DNA of 64,000 nt. Source: an uncultured Actinomycetota bacterium. GTDB lineage: Bacteria; Actinomycetota; Actinomycetes; Streptosporangiales; Streptosporangiaceae. The stretch lies in NCBI GenBank assembly GCA_963788895.1, contig CAWBJA010000018.1, positions 40,499-104,498 of the forward strand, in the 5' to 3' direction. Positions 1 through 9,360 of the stretch are shown here, piece by piece. The position numbers and the translations under genes are program-made. The notes under the pieces are model-generated. The model ran no database searches, was not told the origin of the DNA, and saw only the letters and a program-made list of their open reading frames with translations. Every line of letters starts with the position of its first letter. Position 1 is the first letter of the stretch.

Positions 1-506
1 GGGAGCGGGTGACCGGGGGCCAGGCGTTGGCGGCGGGCTGGGCCGATCCTGCCGCCGAGGCCGAGATCGCCGCGCTGATGCGGCTGGTCACCCAGGTCCG
101 CCGGTTCCGCTCCGACCAGGGGCTGCGCCCGACCGCACCGGTGCCCGCCGAGCTGACGGGCCTGGAGGCCACCGTGCTGGCCGGCCACGAGGCCCGGATC
201 AGGGCGCTGCTGCGGCTGGCCGCCCCGGCGGACGGGTTCACCCCCACCGCCACCGTGCAGGCCGAGGGGGTGACGGTCCGGCTGGACACCGCGGCGGCCA
301 TTGACGTCGGCGCGGAGCGGCGCAGGCTGGAGAAGGACCTGGCCGCCGCGCGGGCAGAGGTGGAGGCCGCGGAACGCAAGCTGGCCACCCCGTCCTTCGT
401 CGAGCGGGCGCCGGCCGCGGTGGTGACCAAGAACCGGGACCGGCTGGCCGCCGCCCAGACGGCGATCGCCGACCTGGAATCCCGCCTAGCGGCGCTGCCC
501 GCATAG
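1..506 (+). CDS. valS: valine--tRNA ligase, C-terminal coiled-coil end (5' partial)
   Basis: The open frame runs off the left edge. The tail ...ATPSFVERAPAAVVTKNRDRLAAAQTAIADLESRL matches the ValS C-terminal coiled-coil pattern. It sits directly upstream of folC, as in other actinomycetes. Confidence 0.75.
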   Translation, partial: ERVTGGQALAAGWADPAAEAEIAALMRLVTQVRRFRSDQGLRPTAPVPAELTGLEATVLAGHEARIRALLRLAAPADGFTPTATVQAEGVTVRLDTAAAIDVGAERRRLEKDLAAARAEVEAAERKLATPSFVERAPAAVVTKNRDRLAAAQTAIADLESRLAALPA

Positions 507-541
507 GCTGCGTGAATGATCGTCAGCAGCGTTAGGACGCG

Positions 542-2017
542 ATGAGCACCGATCCGCTAGACCGGCTGGCCCAGGCCGAGCAGGAGATCCTGGAGCGGCG
601 GCCTGAGCACGCCATCGAGCCGTCGCTGGACCGGATCACCGCGCTGACCGGGCTGCTCGGTGACCCGCAGCGGGCCTACCCGGTGATCCACATCACCGGG
701 ACGAACGGCAAGACCTCCACCGCCCGGATGATCGAGACCCTGCTGCGCACCCGCGGGCTGCGCACCGGCCTGTTCACCAGCCCGCACCTGGCCACGATGC
801 GGGAGCGGATCCTGGTCGACGGCCAGATGCTCAGCCCGGAGCGGTTCGCTGACGCCTACGACGAGCTGGTCCCCTACCTGGACCTGGTCGATTCCCGCCA
901 GCCGGCCCGGCTGTCGTTCTTCGAGGTGCTCACCGCGATGGCGGTCAGCGTCTTCGCCGACGCACCGGTGGACGTCGCGGTGCTCGAAGTCGGCGTCGGC
1001 GGCACCTGGGACTGCACCAACGTCGCCGACGGCGCGGTGGCCGTGATCACCCCGATCTCCATCGACCATGTGCGGTACCTGGGCAGCACGATCCCGGCCA
1101 TCGCGGCGGACAAGGCAGGCATCATCAAGCCCGGCGCGGTCGCGGTGCTGGCCCAGCAGCCGGTAGAGGCGGCGCAGGAGCTGCTGCGCCGGGCCGCGCA
1201 GGTGGGCGCGGTGGTGGCCAGGGAAGGCCTGGAGTTCGGCGTCACCGGGCGGGAGCTGGCCGTCGGCGGCCAGCTGCTTTCGCTGCACAGCCTGCTGGGT
1301 GACTACGACGAGCTGTTCCTGCCGCTGTACGGGGCGCACCAGGCGGGCAACGCGGCCTGCGCGCTGGCCGCGGTGGAGGCGTTCGGCGGCGGGTCCGCGG
1401 TCAGCCTCGGAGCCGGCGGCGGGCCGGCCGGGCCCGACGGCCCGGACGGCGCGGACGGCACTGACCTGGCCGCCGGGCCGGGCCAGGAACAGGGGGCGCT
1501 CGACCCCGGGCTGGTGCGGCAGGCGTTCGCGGCGATGTCCTCGCCAGGGCGGCTCGAGGTGATCAGGCGCAGCCCGGTGGTGATCGCGGACGCGGCCCAC
1601 AACCCGGCCGGCATGGCCGCCACGGTCGAGGGCCTGACCGAGTCGTTCACGTTCTCCCGGCTGATCGCGGTGCTCGCGGTGAGCGAGGACAAGGACGTGC
1701 CGGGGATACTCGACGAGCTGGAGCCGGTCGCCGCCGAGCTGATCGTGACCGGCAACTCCTCGTCCCGGTCGCTGGCGCCGGCCAAGCTGGCCGAGCTGGC
1801 CGCGGCCGTGTTCGGCCCGGAGCGGGTCACCGAGGCGGCCCGGCTGGACGAGGCGATCGAGATCGCGGTCGGGCTGGCCGACGAATGGGACGCCGGCCGC
1901 GGCCGCGGCGCGGGCCTGCCGGGCAGCGCGACCGTCCTGGTCACCGGCTCGGTGATCACCGCCGGAGACGCCCGGCAGTTGCTGGCCGGGCCGGCCGGGG
2001 GCCAGGCCCGGTCATGA
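542..2017 (+). CDS. folC: bifunctional folylpolyglutamate synthase / dihydrofolate synthase
   Basis: 491-aa ORF with the Mur-ligase P-loop HITGTNGKTST. Position matches the valS-folC synteny. Confidence 0.9.
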   Translation: MSTDPLDRLAQAEQEILERRPEHAIEPSLDRITALTGLLGDPQRAYPVIHITGTNGKTSTARMIETLLRTRGLRTGLFTSPHLATMRERILVDGQMLSPERFADAYDELVPYLDLVDSRQPARLSFFEVLTAMAVSVFADAPVDVAVLEVGVGGTWDCTNVADGAVAVITPISIDHVRYLGSTIPAIAADKAGIIKPGAVAVLAQQPVEAAQELLRRAAQVGAVVAREGLEFGVTGRELAVGGQLLSLHSLLGDYDELFLPLYGAHQAGNAACALAAVEAFGGGSAVSLGAGGGPAGPDGPDGADGTDLAAGPGQEQGALDPGLVRQAFAAMSSPGRLEVIRRSPVVIADAAHNPAGMAATVEGLTESFTFSRLIAVLAVSEDKDVPGILDELEPVAAELIVTGNSSSRSLAPAKLAELAAAVFGPERVTEAARLDEAIEIAVGLADEWDAGRGRGAGLPGSATVLVTGSVITAGDARQLLAGPAGGQARS

Positions 2018-2337
2018 AGCGGCTCTGCGCCACGGTGCTGATCATGGAGGCGGTCGTGATCGGGCTGGCCATCCCGGTCGCCCTGACCATCCAGCACGCC
2101 TCGGCCAGGTCGGCCGGGCTGGCCGGCGGGATCGCGGCGGTGGCGGCGGTGGTGCTGGCCGCGCTGGCCGCGCGCAAGCTCAGGTGGACCCTGATCGGCG
2201 GCAGCGTGCTGCAGCTCCTGGTGATCGCGGCCGGCTCAGTCGTGGTCGTGATGTACTTTCTCGGCGCCATTTTCGCGGCATTGTGGGTTATCGGCATCGT
2301 GCTCGGGTACCGGGCGGAGCAGGTCTGGACCCGCTAG
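2014..2337 (+). CDS. DUF4233-type small membrane protein
   Basis: The ATG at 2014 overlaps the folC stop (ATGA). The 107-aa hydrophobic product (MKRLCATVLIMEAVVIGLAIPVAL...) occupies the conserved position after folC. Confidence 0.7.
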   Translation: MKRLCATVLIMEAVVIGLAIPVALTIQHASARSAGLAGGIAAVAAVVLAALAARKLRWTLIGGSVLQLLVIAAGSVVVVMYFLGAIFAALWVIGIVLGYRAEQVWTR

Positions 2338-2737
2338 GGTCGGCCGCCCGCGGCTGACGGCGTGCCGTCACCTGCTGGCTCCGGCGAGTACCGGTAGGCT
2401 TGCCCGCAGGGGACCAGCTTCAGCGAAGGCCGTAACTGCGAGCTAGCGGAAAGTCGCTGCTGGTAAGGAGATCGACCGGTGCCTGCCACCAACACCAGTC
2501 CTGCCCATCCTGTTGCGCCGCCCGCGGGGAAAGCCGCGGTGCCAGCGGCAAAAGCGGGCACCATCGGCAATGCTCGCGCGTTAAAAGTGCGGATAAAGGC
2601 AGCATTCGGATCGGCCGCCCCGCGTGGCCAGCGGCGACATCAAGATCTTGTTTCCTGACCTTGTTTAGGAAGCTCCCCCCTGGCCGATGAATGACACTGA
2701 GTCGGACTCGGGGGGCTGGGCGCCGGCCGCACAGCGT

Positions 2738-2768
2738 AGCAAGATCATCTGAGCAGCAAGATCATCTG
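2738..2768. promoter_or_regulatory. perfect 14-bp direct repeat AGCAAGATCATCTG x2, starts 17 bp apart, about 30 bp upstream of the mreB start
   Basis: Copies at 2738-2751 and 2755-2768 were read directly. A related CATCAAGATCTTG lies at about 2638. A function as an operator or promoter element is only inferred. Confidence 0.3.
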
Positions 2769-2798
2769 GCAAGACATTCCGGAAGGTTCTCGTTCCAC

Positions 2799-3831
2799 AT
2801 GAGTAACGCGATGGCGTTTCTGGGCCGTGACATGGCCGTCGATCTCGGTACGGCCAACACCCTGGTGTACGTCCGGGGCCGGGGGATCGTACTCAACGAG
2901 CCGTCGGTGGTGGCCCTGAACACCAACACCGGGCAGATTGTCGCGGTCGGGGTCGAGGCTAAACGGATGATCGGCCGGACCCCCGGCAATATCGTGGCCG
3001 TCCGGCCGCTCAAGGACGGCGTCATCGCGGACTTCGACGTCACCGAGCGGATGCTGCGGTATTTCATCCAGAAGGTGCACCGGCGCAGTCACCTGGCCAA
3101 GCCGCGGATCGTCGTGGCGGTGCCCAGCGGCATCACCGGGGTCGAGCAGAGCGCGGTCAAGGAAGCCGGCCACCAGGCGGGGGCGCGCCGGGTCTACATC
3201 ATCGAGGAACCGATGGCCGCGGCGATCGGCGCGGGCCTGCCGGTCAACGAGCCCACCGGCAACATGGTGGTCGACATCGGCGGCGGGACCACCGAGGTAG
3301 CGGTGATCTCGCTCGGCGGCATCGTGACCTCCCAGTCGATCCGGGTCGGCGGCGACGAGCTGGACCAGGCGATCATCACCTTCGGCAAGAAGGAGTACTC
3401 GCTCATGCTGGGCGAGCGCACCGCCGAGGAGATCAAGATGGCGCTGGGCTCCGCGTTCCCGTCGGTGGACGAGCCGAACGCGGAGATCAGGGGCCGGGAC
3501 CTGGTCAGCGGGCTGCCTAAGACGGTGGTGATCTCCGCGGAGGAGATCCGGCGGGCCATCGAAGAGCCGCTGTCGCGTCATCGTGGACGCGGTCAAGACC
3601 ACCTTGGACAAGTGCCCGCCCGAGCTGGCGGGCGACGTGATGGACCGCGGGATCGTGCTCACCGGCGGCGGGGCGCTGCTGCGCGGGCTGGACGAGCGGA
3701 TCAGGGAGGAGACCGGCATGCCGGTCCACCTGGCCGACAACCCGCTCGACTCGGTCGCGCTGGGCACCGGCAAGTGCGTCGAGGACTTCGAGACGCTCCG
3801 CCAGGTGCTCGTGCCCGAGTCCCGGCGCTGA
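2799..3831 (+). pseudogene. mreB: rod shape-determining protein MreB, apparent 1-nt frame break near 3572-3580
   Basis: The N-terminus [38 protein letters not shown] continues to ...[12 protein letters not shown] in one frame. The remainder, [64 protein letters not shown]..., is in the +1 frame (track ORF 3583..3831). Total length is 1033 nt, i.e. 3n+1. Confidence 0.9.
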
Positions 3832-3888
3832 CCACCCTGAGCAACTGACCAGCCGGGCGATGCGGCCCGGGGTGGACGAGGTGATCTT

Positions 3889-4860
3889 GTGCACGACACC
3901 CGGCGGACCCGCCTGGTCCTCGGCGGGCTCCTGGCCACCGCGCTGCTGCTGATCACCCTCGACTACCCCGGCGGCGGGTCCGGGCTGCACGGCCTGCGCA
4001 GCTTCGGCGGCTCGGTGTTCGGCGGCGCCGAGCGCGCGGTCTCCACGGTGTCCAGCCCGGTCGCTGGCCTGTGGCGGTCGGGCAGTTCCGGCGGCCGCGG
4101 CCAGGTCGCCGCGCTGCAGGATCAGGTGCTCAGGCTCCGGTCCGAGCTGAGCCAGGCCCAGCTGAGCCAGGCCGATTACCGCCAGCTCACCCAGCTGCTC
4201 CAGCTGGCCGGGCGGGGCGGCTACCGGATCGTGGCGGCCAGCGTGATCGCGATCGGGCAGGGCTACGGGCAGACCGTGACGCTGGACGCGGGCAGCCAGG
4301 ACGGGGTGCGCGCCCAGGAGACTGTGCTCAACGGCCAGGGCCTGGTCGGGACGGTGACCTCGGTCAGCCCGCAGACCTGCACGGTGGTGCTGGCGACCGA
4401 CGCGACCTCCGTGGCCGGGGTGCGGCTGGCCGCCAGCGGCCAGATCGGCTGGGTCAGCGGGCAGGGCGCGGCCAAGTCCGGCGGACCCGAGTTGAAACTG
4501 CAGGTCCTGAACGCGAGCACCGGGCTGAAGCCGGGGCAGCAGCTGGTCACGTCCGCGTCGGTGCATGACCGGCCGTATGTGCCCGGGGTGCCCGTCGGGG
4601 TGATCAGCCAGGTGCTGAACCGGGCGGGCGCGCTCACCGCGGTGGCCCTGGTCCGGCCGTACGCCCAGTTCAGCTCGCTGAGCGTGGTCGGCATCGTGAT
4701 CGTGCCGCCGCGCCGCGACCCCCGGGACTCGGTCCTGCCGCCCAGCCCGCGAGCCCGGCCGACCCCGACCGTGACCGTCACCGTGACGCCCAGGGCGTCA
4801 GCGCGACCAGGCCAGCCCGGTCAGACTCCGGCCGGCCCGACCCCGGGGCCGGGAGGCTGA
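3889..4860 (+). CDS. mreC: rod shape-determining protein MreC
   Basis: 323 aa with an N-terminal TM segment, a coiled-coil (LQDQVLRLRSELSQAQL) and a beta-rich domain (VLNGQGLVGTVTSVSPQTCTVVLATD). Lies between mreB and mreD. Confidence 0.85.
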   Translation: MHDTRRTRLVLGGLLATALLLITLDYPGGGSGLHGLRSFGGSVFGGAERAVSTVSSPVAGLWRSGSSGGRGQVAALQDQVLRLRSELSQAQLSQADYRQLTQLLQLAGRGGYRIVAASVIAIGQGYGQTVTLDAGSQDGVRAQETVLNGQGLVGTVTSVSPQTCTVVLATDATSVAGVRLAASGQIGWVSGQGAAKSGGPELKLQVLNASTGLKPGQQLVTSASVHDRPYVPGVPVGVISQVLNRAGALTAVALVRPYAQFSSLSVVGIVIVPPRRDPRDSVLPPSPRARPTPTVTVTVTPRASARPGQPGQTPAGPTPGPGG

Positions 4861-4861
4861 G

Positions 4862-5536
4862 GTGCGGCGGATCGTGCTGTCGGCGGCCGCGGTGGTCGCC
4901 GCTCTGGTGCTGCAGCTCACCGTGGTCAACGCGCTGCCCTGGCCCGGGGGCGGCCCGCCCGACCTGGTGCTGCTGGTGGTGGTCGCACTCAGCCTGTGCG
5001 CCAGCCCGGGGGTCGGCGCGCTGACCGGCTTCCTGGCCGGCCTCAGCCTGGACATCGCGCCGCCTGGCAGCTACCTGATCGGCGCGTACGCGCTGGTGTT
5101 CTGCCTGGTCGGGTATGGGTGCGGGCGCCTGCCCGGGCCGCGGAAAGACTCGGTGTGGCGGCCGGTCGGCTGCGCGGTGGCCGCGGCTGCGGCCGGCGAG
5201 GCGCTGCAGGCGGGCCTCGGCCGGCTGGTCGGAGACCCGCAGGTCACCTGGCCGGCCATGGAGCGGGTCCTGCCGTCGGCGGTTCTGGCCGACGCGATCC
5301 TCAGCCCGTTCGTGCTTTACCTGGTCATGCGCGTGCTGGCCTGGGCCGACGAGCTGGGGCCCGCCGCCCAGCTGGCCCAGACGGTTTCCCCGGAACAGGC
5401 CAGGGCGGCCACCGCGGTGCCGCCCGGAGCCGGGCTGCTGGGCGGGGCCGTGGCTGGCCGGGCCCAGCTCGGTCACGGCGGGCCGGGGCCCGGACGGACG
5501 CAGCGGCCCGGCCCGGCGGGTGCCCCGGCTGCGTGA
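4862..5536 (+). CDS. mreD: rod shape-determining protein MreD
   Basis: GTG start 1 nt after the mreC stop. Polytopic hydrophobic product in the expected operon position. Confidence 0.8.
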   Translation: MRRIVLSAAAVVAALVLQLTVVNALPWPGGGPPDLVLLVVVALSLCASPGVGALTGFLAGLSLDIAPPGSYLIGAYALVFCLVGYGCGRLPGPRKDSVWRPVGCAVAAAAAGEALQAGLGRLVGDPQVTWPAMERVLPSAVLADAILSPFVLYLVMRVLAWADELGPAAQLAQTVSPEQARAATAVPPGAGLLGGAVAGRAQLGHGGPGPGRTQRPGPAGAPAA

Positions 5537-6817
5537 AGCCGCGGCCCGGTCCGGCGACGGCTGGATCGGGTTCGGGCCGTCGTCCTGGCGGACGCCCGCG
5601 CGGCGCCCGGCGGGCCGGACCCGGCGGCTGCGGCCCGGGCGCGGTCAGGCCGGGTCGGCCGCCGCCGTCAAGATGCGCCAGGCACCACCCCGGCGCCCGG
5701 TCAAGCTCCGGCTGGGCCCGGGCCGCCGCCCGCCCGGCCGCCGCCGCCCGGCCTGGCCCGCAGGCCAGTCCGCAGGTCAGTCCGCAGGCCTGGCCGGACG
5801 CAGCCGGGCCGGCAGTTCCGGCCCAGCCGGGTCGGCGTTCCGCGGCCCGAGGGCCCCGGTCCGCCGGGGCCGGCCTGCGGGGTGCCGGTTACCTGCGCGG
5901 TGCCGGTTACCTGCGCGGTGCGGGCCACCCGCGCGGTGCCGGTTACCGCCGGCGCGCCCAGGGCACCTCCTGGCGCGGCGTTCCGCGGCCCGCGCCCGCG
6001 CCCGAGCCGGACGGCGATCCGCCGCCCGCGCGGGTCGGCGTTCCGGACCGCGGGCCCCGGCCGGGGCGGGTCGGCGTTCCGGGGCCCGGGGGCCCGGCCG
6101 CCGCTGGCCGGCTCCGGCACCCGGGCCAAGGCGCCCAAGTTCCGGCTGGATACCCGCAAGCCCGGGGGATCGGCGTTCAGCTCGCCGCTGCGTCGGGCCA
6201 GGCCCGGTCAGCCGGCCAGCCGGCGGCTGCGCGCCCCGCGCCGCCGGGACGGCACTGTGGGCGGCAGCCTGGCCCGCCGCGGGCCTGGGGGCCGCAGGCC
6301 CGCGAGCAGGCCGGTCCGGCTCCGGCTGGGCAGCATGCGCCGCCGGGATGGCACCGTGGGCGGCACTGTGGGCGGCACTCTGGGCGGCAGCCTGGCCCGC
6401 CGCGGGCCTGGGGGCCGCAGGCCCGCGAGCAGGCCGGTGCGGCTGCGGCTGGGCAGCATGCGCCGCCGGGATGGCACTGTGGGCGGCACCCTGGGCGGCA
6501 GCCTGGCCCGCCGCGGGCCTGGGGGCCGCAGGCCCGCGAGCAGGCCGGTGCGGCTGCGGCTGGGCAGCATGCGCCGCCGGGATGGCACTGTGGGCGGCAC
6601 CCTGGGCGGCAGCCTGGCCCGCCGCGGGCCTGGGGGCCAAAGGCCCGCGAGCAGGCCGGTGCGGCTCCGGCTGGGCAGCATGCGCCGCCGGGACGGCACC
6701 GTCGGCGGGCTGGCCCCTGGTCAGCTGCGCCGGTCCACCCGGCGGGCCGCGCCCCGGTTCCGGGCCGGGTTCGGCGGCCGGATGGCGCTGCCCGGCCGGC
6801 GGCTCGGGGTGAGCTGA
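5537..6817 (+). other. Arg/Gly/Pro-rich repeat-coding region between mreD and PBP2; either a separate disordered repeat protein or an mreD extension, with the reading frame uncertain
   Basis: The mreD frame stays open for 1281 nt past its TGA. The frame-2 product contains 37-aa tandem repeats (GSLARRGPGGRRPASRPVRLRLGSMRRRDGTVGGTLG), and third-codon positions are about 90 percent G/C when counted by eye. The repeated nucleotide string GGGTCGGCGTTCCG (peptide GSAFR) is in frame 3 at 5829 but in frame 2 at 6032. Confidence 0.35.
6235..6715. repeat. tandem 111-bp (37-codon) repeat, about 4 copies (first copy 123 bp)
   Basis: Unit starts were read at 6263, 6386, 6497 and 6608. Copies 2 and 3 are identical. 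The period is divisible by 3. Confidence 0.85.
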
Positions 6818-6939
6818 GGCAAGCAGCTCAGGTTCCGCTCCAGTCACCGGTCCATGCTGTCGGCGTGGACCGGCGGCCGGCTGGGCTCCCGGTCGGCGGT
6901 CTGGCGGATCGGTAACACCAGGCGGACAGGGAGACCGTC

Positions 6940-9162
6940 ATGATCCCGGCTTCACGACGGCGGCTGGCCGTCCTGCATATCGTGGTCGCCGCGCTGCTGA
7001 TCGGCCTGGGCTGGCGGATCTGGAACGTGCAGATCGCCTCCGGCGCCTCCTACCGCAGCCTGGCCAGCCAGGACCAGGTCAGGAGCGTGATCGTGCCGGC
7101 CGTCCGGGGCGAGATCCTGGACGACAGCGGTCATCCGCTGGTCGACAACCAGTCCACCCTGGTGGTCGCGGTCGACATGGCCGAGGTGTCCCAGCAGCCC
7201 GACGGTGGCGCGGCCGAGCTGAGCCGGCTGGCCGCCCTGCTGCACATCCCGGACCAGACCATGCGGCTGAAGGTGCGGCTGTGCACGGCCGGGGTGAAGC
7301 AGCCCTGCTGGCCGGGGTCGCCCTACCAGCCGATCCCGGTGGCCGAGCACGTCTCCGACCAGGTCGCCGTGCAGGTGCTGGAGAGCCAGCGTCGAGTTCC
7401 CCGGCGTGACGGCCCAGGTGCAGCCGGTGGTGCACTACCCGCAGCCGGTCGGCACGGACGCGGCCCAGGTGCTCGGCTACCTGCAGCCGATCACCTCGCA
7501 GGAGGTCAAGCAGTTCGGCCTGCCGGTGACCGGCTTCTCCGGCGTCGACCTGGTCGGCCAGTCCGGCCTTGAGCAGCAGTACGACCGGCAGCTGCGCGGC
7601 CGCACCGGGGAAAGGCAAGTCTCGGTCAACGCGGCGGGCGAAGTCACAGGGACCATCAAGCAGACCGCGGCCCGGCCCGGCGACGACCTGGTCACCAGCA
7701 TCAACACCCGGGTCCAGCAGGACACGCAGACCGCGCTGGCGGCCGCGATCCACCGGACCGAAGGCCAGGGCAACGGCGGCGCCGACAGCGGCGCCGCGGT
7801 GGTCATGACGACCAAGGGCCGGGTGGTCGCGATGGCCAGCTACCCGACCTACAACCCGAGCGTGTGGGCCGGCGGCATCTCCGGCAAGGAGTTCACCGCG
7901 CTATTCGGGACCAGGAACTCCGAGCCGGTGCTCAACCGGGCTACCCAGGGCCAGTACGCGCCCGGCTCGACCTGGAAGGTCACCACCACGGCCGCCGCCG
8001 TGGCCGACGGGTACTCGCTGAACTCCGACTACAGCTGCCCGGCCACGGTGAACATCGACGGCCATCGTTACGCCAACGACGGGAGCCCCGGCCTGGGCCA
8101 GATGAGCCTGCGGCAGGCGCTGGTCGTTTCCTGCGACACCGTGTTCTACAACCTGGCCTACCAGATGTGGCGGCGCGACAACGTCAAGGCCGACAACGTC
8201 AAGTCAGCCAAGGCGCCGGTGCAGAAAATGCAGAAAATGGAGCTGGACTGGGGCTTCGGTAAGAACACCGGCGTCGACCTGCCGGCCGAGATCCCGGCAC
8301 CGTGCCCACCCGCGAATGGCTCTACTACTTCTGGAAGGACAACGCCCACACCGGCCAGAACTGGTGCAAGTACGGCAAGGCCAACGGGTCCTACATCCAG
8401 CAGATCGAGTACGACGACTGTCACAGCGCCAACGTGTGGACCCCGGGCCAGGCCGTGATCGCCTCGATCGGCCAGGGCTACGTGACGGTCACCCCGCTGC
8501 AGCTGGCCCGGGCCTACGCGGCGCTGGCCAACGGCGGCACCGTGTACAGCCCGCGGATCGGCCGGGCGCTGCTCAGCCCGGACGGCAAGAAGGTGCGGAC
8601 AATCACGCCGCCGGTGGTCGGGCACATTCCGGTGTCCAAGGGCACGCTGGGCTACATCAGGAGCGCGCTGAGCGGCGTGGTGACCTCGGGTACCGCGGCC
8701 GGGGCGTTCGGCGGCTTCCCGCTGGGCAAGGTCTGCGTGGCGGGCAAGACCGGTACCGCGCAGGTCCTCGGCGGGCTGGCGACCTCGGTGTTCGCCTCGT
8801 TCGCCCCCTGCCATAACCCCAAGTACGTCGTGGTCATGATGATCCCCAAGTCGGGTTACGGCGCCGACGTGTCCGCCCCGGCGGTCCGGCAGATCTGGGA
8901 CGGGATCTTCGGCCTGGAGGGCCACCGGGCCGCGCTGCCCGGCGGGGTCACGCCGCCGCTGCCGCACATCAACCAGGCGGGCCAGGTCGTCACCACCGGC
9001 TCGCCGCCGGGTAAGGCCGCCCGCGGCCACAAGTCCGGTGCCGCCCGCCCGGCCGGCCCGGCTGGCCCGGGCGGGTCGCCGCCCCCGGCCGCCTCGCCCA
9101 GCCCCGGCGCGCAGAATGTGCCGGGCGCTGCCGGGCCAGCCGGGCCCGGGAGGAAGCCATGA
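6940..9162 (+). pseudogene. mrdA: class B penicillin-binding protein PBP2 (elongasome transpeptidase) with two compensating frame breaks, at about 7390 and about 8293
   Basis: Three consecutive track ORFs (6940.., 7406.., 8302..) join into one PBP with an N-terminal TM segment and the motifs STWK, SCD and KTGTA. At break 1, GAGAGCCAG[C]GTCGAGTTC carries one extra nucleotide. Break 2 looks like one C lost from GAGATCCC(C)GGCACC. Confidence 0.88.
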
Positions 9163-9360
9163 GCCTGCTGCGGGATATCCGGCGGCGGTCTGGGCCCGGC
9201 GCGCAGAATGTGCCGGGCGCTGCCGGGCCAGCCGGGCCCGGGAGGAAGCCATGAGCCTGCTGCGGGATATCCGGCGGCGGTCTGGGCCCGGCGCGCAGAA
9301 TGTGCCGGGCGCTGCCGGGCCAGCCGGGCCCGGGAGGAAGCCATGAGCCTGCTGCGGGAC
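9109..9360. repeat. 92-bp tandem triplication spanning the PBP2 stop / rodA start junction
   Basis: Copies at 9109-9200 and 9201-9292 are identical. The third copy (9293-) diverges after CTGCGGGA. Each copy carries GGAGGAAGCCATGA, i.e. an SD, an ATG and an overlapping TGA. Confidence 0.9.

Noticed and set aside
2338-2690. Possible riboswitch or other known structured RNA, or an ndk relic, in the DUF4233-mreB gap
   Set aside because: I could not match the sequence by eye to cobalamin, ydaO, RNase P, 6S or tmRNA consensus elements, and no frame gives Ndk-like motifs. It is left as an unexplained leader that needs an Infernal scan.
4996-6915. 639-aa frame-1 ORF spanning mreD and the whole mreD-PBP2 spacer
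   Set aside because: It overlaps the well-supported mreD frame. Over the 111-bp repeats it has lower third-position G/C than frame 2, and it reads as out-of-frame Arg/Pro/Gly noise. It is treated as a GC-driven open frame, not a gene.
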